Below, one piece after another: positions 58,266 to 64,000 of a stretch of DNA of 64,000 nt. The stretch lies in contig NIVC01001379.1 of the NCBI GenBank assembly GCA_002269645.1, forward strand, positions 124,001 to 188,000, read 5' to 3'. The stretch comes from Macrostomum lignano (taxonomy: Eukaryota). Position 1 is the first letter of the stretch. Each line of letters starts with the position of its first letter. A program made the position numbers and the translations under genes. The notes beneath the pieces are model-generated. The model had not been told where the DNA came from. It ran no database searches and was given only the letters and a program-made list of their open reading frames with translations.

Positions 58266-59112
58266 TGTGTACCCCGCCGGGCTGAATTTAGCCGTCTTTT
58301 ATCCGATGCGTTGTCCGGAGTTTAATCCGGCAGGAATAGCAAATTTACATGCAAAAAAACGGACGAAAACCGGACGAAAAGTTTACAAAACGGATGAAAG
58401 TGTTGAAAATATGACGTTTATCCGGTTTGGTATCCGGCTGTGTGTCCGGTTATTGCCCGATAAGTAATCCGGAGGAAGCCGGATGGGAGAGCGGAGCCAA
58501 TTCCGGATGAAAACCGGATGAAATGTATGGATGTTACAGCCGGATAAGAAACCGGAGCCATTTCCGGATCAAATGTATGGATACCTGTATACTGTCGTCG
58601 GATAATAATGGATATTCTAGATGCTTATTACTCAGCCTTAATTTGTGCTCTTTACAGCGGCTTCCAAAGGTTTGGCACAAAAATTGCACTATGTGGCGGC
58701 TATTATAGCTACGGCTCCTGCTCCTATCTATAGCTGCTGCTCCTGCTATGATTCTGCTCGTATCTGTATGAACAAGCGAGGAGCTCTAGAGAAGCTTACT
58801 AGTAGAAAGCTTTCGCAGGGGCGCGTCCAGAGGTTTCAGGATGGGGGCCGATCAGGAGAGGGGAGAGAAGAGAGAGGAAGGATGAAAGAAGAGAGAAGAG
58901 ATGAGATAGGAGAGATGAAAGAGGGGAAAGGAGAGATGAGAGAGCAGAGACAAGAAATGTGACAGTAGAGCTAGAACAGAGGAGAGAGGAGAGGGAAGAG
59001 AAATATGTGAGAGCAAGACATGAGAGACAGTGGGAGACAAGTGAGTGGATGGGAGGAGAAAGGAGAAAAAAGGGGGGAGAATCGAGAGGACAAGAAGCAG
59101 AGGGGAAGGGAG

Positions 59113-59416
59113 NNNNNNNNNNNNNNNNNNNNNNNNNNNNNNNNNNNNNNNNNNNNNNNNNNNNNNNNNNNNNNNNNNNNNNNNNNNNNNNNNNNNNNNN
59201 NNNNNNNNNNNNNNNNNNNNNNNNNNNNNNNNNNNNNNNNNNNNNNNNNNNNNNNNNNNNNNNNNNNNNNNNNNNNNNNNNNNNNNNNNNNNNNNNNNNN
59301 NNNNNNNNNNNNNNNNNNNNNNNNNNNNNNNNNNNNNNNNNNNNNNNNNNNNNNNNNNNNNNNNNNNNNNNNNNNNNNNNNNNNNNNNNNNNNNNNNNNN
59401 NNNNNNNNNNNNNNNN
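59113..59416. other. Assembly gap (304 N)
   Basis: Run of n; it truncates the gene A terminal exon. Confidence 1.
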
Positions 59417-62400
59417 TTGGGCAGACGGATCCAGCTCGTCCTTAATGAGCTCGTAGCTCTTCTGCGCCTGTTCAGCTTCTATAGGCGGACAGTGGAATTG
59501 GCAGGTTGGTTATCCAGGTTAATTGCATAAAGCGGCCGAGTGTGAAGAATGGAGCATCCACTCTCATCATTGCAGAGGAGTGACACACTAATATGAAAAG
59601 TGAAACAGTCACTGCAGAGGAGTGACACACATAATATGGAGAGTGAAACAGTCATTGCAGAGGAGTGACACACTAATATGGAGAGTGAAACAGTCACTGC
59701 AGAGGAGTGACACACAAATATGAAGAGTGAAACAGTCACTGCAGAGGAGTGACATACTAATATGAAGAGTGAAACAGTCACAGCAGAAGAGTGACACACT
59801 AATATGGAGAGTGAAACAGTCACTGCAGAGGAGTGACACACTAATATGAAAAGTGAAACAGTCACTGCAGAGGAGTGACACACTAATATGGAGAGTGAAA
59901 CAGTCACTGCAGAGGAGTGACACACTAATATGGAGAGTGAAACAGTCACTGCAGAGGAGTGACACAATATGAAGAGTGAAACAGTCACTGCAGAGGAGTG
60001 ACATACTAATATGAAGAGTGAAACAGTCACAGCAGAGAGGAGTGACACACTAATATGAAGAGTGAAACAGTCATTGCAGAGGAGTGACACACTAATATGG
60101 AGAGTGAAACAGTCACTGCAGAGGAGTGACACACTAATATGGAGAGTGAAACAGTCACTGCAGAGGAGTGACACACTAATATGAAGAGTGAAACAGTCAC
60201 TGCAGAGGAGTGACACACTAATATGGAGAGTGAAGCAGTCACTGCAGAGGAGTGACACACTAATATGGAGAGTGAAGCAGTCACTGCAGAGGAGTGACAC
60301 ACTAATATGAAGAGTGAAACAGTCATTGCAGAGGAGTGACACACTAATATGGAGAGTGAAACAGTCACTGCAGAGGAGTGACACACTAATATGGAGAGTG
60401 AAACAGTCACCGCAGAGGAGTGACACACTAATATGGAAAGCGAAACACCTACAACTGAGACACAGAGCGAGATCAGGTGGAGATAGTACATGCAGTAAAA
60501 TCGCAGGAGTGGCGCAACGTCTTTGGCAACAACGGCCCACATCTGTTACTAAGGCAACTCAGCCCATTTCGCTGACTCCTGAGGCTAAGATTCGGAAAAT
60601 CGTAGAAAAAAATGCCATTAAATGGCGAGCAGGTGAAAAATCACAGACCATTAATCGCCGTATGAATCGCTGGGTGTCCACATTCTTAACAACATTTCTG
60701 AACGGATACTTGAGATTCTTGGCGTAATAGTAGCGAAAGTACTTCACTGCTAGGGCTAAAAACAAACAAACAAGGATAGATAACCAACGCTAGACGCATT
60801 CGGATTAGAGAATGGCAGGACGGGCTGGTGCAGGCTGGTGGCTTCTATCTGGCCTATCCTAGCTTCTTTTTCTTCTTCAAAAATTCAAAACAGATTTAAC
60901 AAACGCACCAGACTCTGCCGCACGATATTCATTGTGTCAAGCTCGCGTTTGCGCAGCTTATAAGCCGAGCGCAAGTTTTTACTATAGTGGCCGCCGAAAT
61001 AACGCCTGGCTGCGTCTGAACAGTAATTCATTATGTATGATTATTAAGTTATCAATGTTCTAACTGGCTAGGTTCATTTGGATCGTTTGCAGGGCTGTTG
61101 TGCACTGTGCAGACAGCACAATATCTATTCCATTCCCAACTTTTAGCTGATAATTGGTCACGCGTTTGGCTAAAAATTATGAAGCTACGTTATGGTTACG
61201 AGTTATTCAACTATTTGTTTTAACTAAAATTGGCCTTAAAATCGGTGCAGCAAAGTGGCTGCGTATCATCTTGTACGAGTACAGCTACTTACCATTCTTT
61301 CTTTTCTGTGAACACTCACGAACAGTCGCAGTCATTCCCATTAGACACTCGCAATCCTTCCGTGAACAGTCGCAATCATTCCCGTGAACATTCGCAATCA
61401 TTCCCGTGAACAGTCGCAATCCTTCCCGTGAACAGTCGCAATCATTCCCGTGAACACTCGCAATCATTCCGTGAACAGTCGTAATCCTTCCCGTGAACAG
61501 TCGCAGTCATTCCCGTGAACAGTCGTAATCCTTCCCGTGAACAGTCGCAGTCATTCCCGTGAACAGTCGCAGTCATTCCGTGAACAGTCACAGTCATTCC
61601 CGTGAACAGTCGTAATCCTTCCGTGAACAGTCGCAGTCATTCCGTGAACAGTCGCAATCATTCCGTGAGACACTCACAAGTGAGGCTGATACGCGAAAAG
61701 AAGGCCGATGCCGTTTGAGATGCTGGTATTGCCAGTTCTTGAATACTGAGGACTGAGATAGCGATGGCTCTTGGCTGGACAAGCAAATTTAATTTAGCAT
61801 TGAGCTGTGTTGTTGCCTTTCAGAACTAGCAACAGGAAAACCCGAAGCGCTGGTACAAAAGAAGACTACAGGCATCGCAGGGTCTTGTGCGCTTAAATTG
61901 GAATTAGCTCTTTTACGGCATTGCTTACCAGAAACAGGTTGACAGAAGTTTTCATTTTCTCCTTCTGAAAGCCGTACTTCTGAGCCGGTTTCAAGGTGGA
62001 CGTATAATAAATCCGCAGGTATTTGTTGTAAACCGAGTCTGCGCGATAAGACCGCGTGCCAGCCGACGGTGCTTATGATTTCATTAATAATCCCAAAATC
62101 CCCCATTTCCCGAGCTGCACAACAGACTGTTGGGCAATTGGGCACGATTTGAGAGATTATAGCCAAATTTAGCTGATAATATTACAAAACTACTACTGCT
62201 GGCGATTATAATAAAATGCTAATTAGATAGTTGCGTCATACAAGGTTACGTAACAAGTGGCCAATGCATCGGCCATAGTGTTTGTCACAAGCATATTTAT
62301 TGAATTAGTTCACATTGCTAACTAACGGCCCTGCAACGCCCGTATTTTTAGAATATGCAATCAGGTGTACAGGTGTGGGAAATTGTACAACAATAGGCAA

Positions 62401-63277
62401 AATAATTAATATCCCTATGCATAAAAGTATTGTAAAGCAGGAATAAACTAATCGTATAGATACTAGAACCATCAAATAGATTATACGATATGTAGCGTAA
62501 ACAAATTTCTACACTACCAACCTTCTAGAGCAAATTACTTGCAATTATTGAACCCATTAACACTATAGTATGCCATAATATCGTCTACCGATATGTAGTG
62601 TAAACAACTTTCTGCACTACTAGCCTTCTATTGACATAAAGTTGACTACCGATATGTAGCGAATATTGATTTCTACACGACTTTCAATGAAAAAGTGCAG
62701 AATGGAGAAGCAGACTACTCACTGCGCCAGGCCTCAACATTAGCGGGCTTGTGCCTGCTCAGCTCCAGAGCCTTGTCAATAACCCGATTGGCTGCCAGCA
62801 CGTTGGCCCTGGCAGAATAGGGCGCGAGAAGTCGAACACGTTGGTGCCAGTCTCGTCTTTCAACACTCGATAGGCTTTGCGCAGGATGCCTTTCCATTCG
62901 TTTGACAGCTCGCCGCTAGCTGAAGAGTCCGCGCCGCCGCCTGCGCCACCAGCTCCGCGGCCACCGCTGAAGCTGGCCTGCTGATGCTGCTGCTGCTGGT
63001 ACAGCTGCTGGGACTGCGAGTGCTGATCGAAAATCAAATCGGCTTCCATCAGTACGCAATCGTCGTCGGAATCGATAATCTCGGGCTTAATTAAAGTTGA
63101 TGAAGCGGCTGCCGCAGTCGGACCGGTTGTTGCCAAGGCGCTATCTAGCAGCTTTTTACTACTGCTACTATTGCTACTGCTATTACCAACGTTGCCAATA
63201 GTGACAGCTGCCGAGCCCACAGAGGTTCCGGGCAGGTGAGAAGCGACTGACATTGACTGAGTAACCGGCGGTGGACA
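59417..63277 (-). CDS. Gene A: second C14orf93/DUF4616-like paralogue (5'- and 3'-partial). Constant exon 63277-62723 (phase-1 donor), one cassette, then constant exon from 59478 running into the gap.
   Basis: DDDCVLME...SFSGG...EWKGILRKAYRVLKDETGTNVFDFSRP(Y)SARANVLAANRVIDKALELSRHKPANVEAWR A|GTGAGT. Terminal exon TAG|KLNRR(Q)KSYELIKDELDPSAQ is homologous to gene [13 protein letters not shown]. Needs +1 nt near 62821 and 59467. Confidence 0.68.
59570..60440. repeat. 42-bp minisatellite (GAGTGACACACTAATATGGAGAGTGAAACAGTCACTGCAGAG)n
   Basis: Tandem units; source of several spurious ORFs. Confidence 0.95.
60649..60755 (-). CDS. Gene A cassette exon A4 (107 nt, phase 1 to 0): (T)LAVKYFRYYYAKNLKYPFRNVVKNVDTQRFIRRLM
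   Basis: TTTGTTTTTAG| ... |GTCTGT; open frame; KYF motif. Confidence 0.78.
60909..61015 (-). CDS. Gene A cassette exon A3 (107 nt, phase 1 to 0): (N)AARRYFGGHYSKNLRSAYKLRKRELDTMNIVRQSL
   Basis: CTGTTCAG| ... |GTGCGT; open frame; shares YF...Y.KNL with A4. Confidence 0.78.
61320..61670. repeat. About 22-bp minisatellite (TTCCCGTGAACAGTCGCAATCA)n
   Basis: Tandem units visible directly. Confidence 0.92.
61678..61774 (-). CDS. Gene A candidate cassette A2: either 61745-61678 (I)FKNWQYQHLKRHRPSFRVSASL, or 61774-61678 with +1 nt giving ...PQYFKNW...
   Basis: Ends in phase 0 at GTGAGT; acceptor choice is ambiguous. Confidence 0.45.
61929..62038 (-). CDS. Gene A cassette exon A1 (110 nt, phase 1 to 0): (N)SVYNKYLRIYYTSTLKPAQKYGFQKEKMKTSVNLFL
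   Basis: TTATCGCGCAG| ... |GTAAGC; open frame. Confidence 0.72.
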
Positions 63278-64000
63278 CTGGGAATGTAATAGTAGGATCA
63301 TTTTGTGCACAATGAACTCATTGATAGGTAATGTAAGTCACGTCGTAATACACCCCTTAAAGTAATATTCTAAGAAAATCAATTTAAACTTGCAATCTAT
63401 TTTTAGAATGAGTCAGATCTAATTTTAGAATGAGTCATGTGCAAACGGAAATGACTCAGAACCCTATAGAGGACCAGCGTTTATTTGATCAAGGAACCGG
63501 ATTTCAGCAGCTGTCTGCTTAACCCCATATATGGTAGTGCTCAAATATGCATGACCGCTTAATCAAACATGTGACGTAAGAAATTATCCGATCTCTAACC
63601 AGTTTTTGCCCAAAATTTTGCTATAAATTCAAGTGAAAATCCGAATCAAAAATTTTTTGACTCGGAGCGGGCTCAAAGAATACTTCGAAGAAACAAAGAA
63701 GGCCAATATTTGAGGGATGAAATCCTGTCCTATTGATAAGCACTTACCATATTTAGTTCTTTGTTGCTAGCGTTAATAAGTTGATTAATTGAGTTCACGA
63801 GAGCCACATTTGAGAAAGGCCCCTTGTTTCTTAGGATATATTCCTAGAGGATTTATTGTTTTGATTTGAGCTATCCGTTACGTTTCAGACGTAACGAAGA
63901 AGACGCCCTTCAGGAGAACCTAAAATTACAGAAACCCAGAGAATACAATTGTTCATTTGGGCGCACGTTCTACTAGTGTTAATTCCGAGCTCAAGAACAC

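Noticed and set aside
58270-58600. CCGGA/TCCGG-rich segment
   Set aside because: Likely a repeat-element fragment; no termini or coding signal could be defined.
59479-60542. Cys/His-rich 353-aa ORF resembling a metal-binding repeat protein
   Set aside because: Translation of a 42-bp minisatellite in the gene A intron.
62380-62690. Three short repeats reading KINIRYIS / KSCLHYIS / KICLRYIS after AG in gene A
   Set aside because: Cassette-like starts, but none reaches a phase-0 GT donor in an open frame; could be decayed duplicates but cannot be supported.

Overview
This is eukaryotic (metazoan) genomic DNA with GC-rich exons, a different minisatellite in almost every intron, and one N gap. 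The style suggests a free-living flatworm such as Macrostomum (inference only). Housekeeping genes that can be reconstructed by splice phase are XPG/ERCC5 (+), OTU1/YOD1 (-), PDCD5 (-, partial), an intronless DUF985/Cupin_5 gene (+) and a divergent Polo-like kinase (-), followed by frameshifted LRR-like exons. A nested transposon stack sits at 34.6-42.1 kb: a Harbinger-type element inside the 5' LTR of a young Ty3/Gypsy element, itself inside inverted repeat arrays. A corazonin/invertebrate-GnRH-type precursor carrying extra ...FRL peptides lies at 45.1-45.8 kb. The main discovery is at 47-63 kb: two tandem C14orf93/DUF4616-like genes on the minus strand, each with an array of short homologous cassette exons (at least 9 in one gene, 3-4 in the other). 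All cassettes enter in phase 1 and exit in phase 0, between a phase-1 donor and a phase-0 acceptor, so exactly one must be used. This is a Dscam/lola-like mutually exclusive exon system that swaps one basic, aromatic helix. The ORF track does not show it. Several exons need a 1-nt correction, mostly at homopolymers, which may be assembly error.
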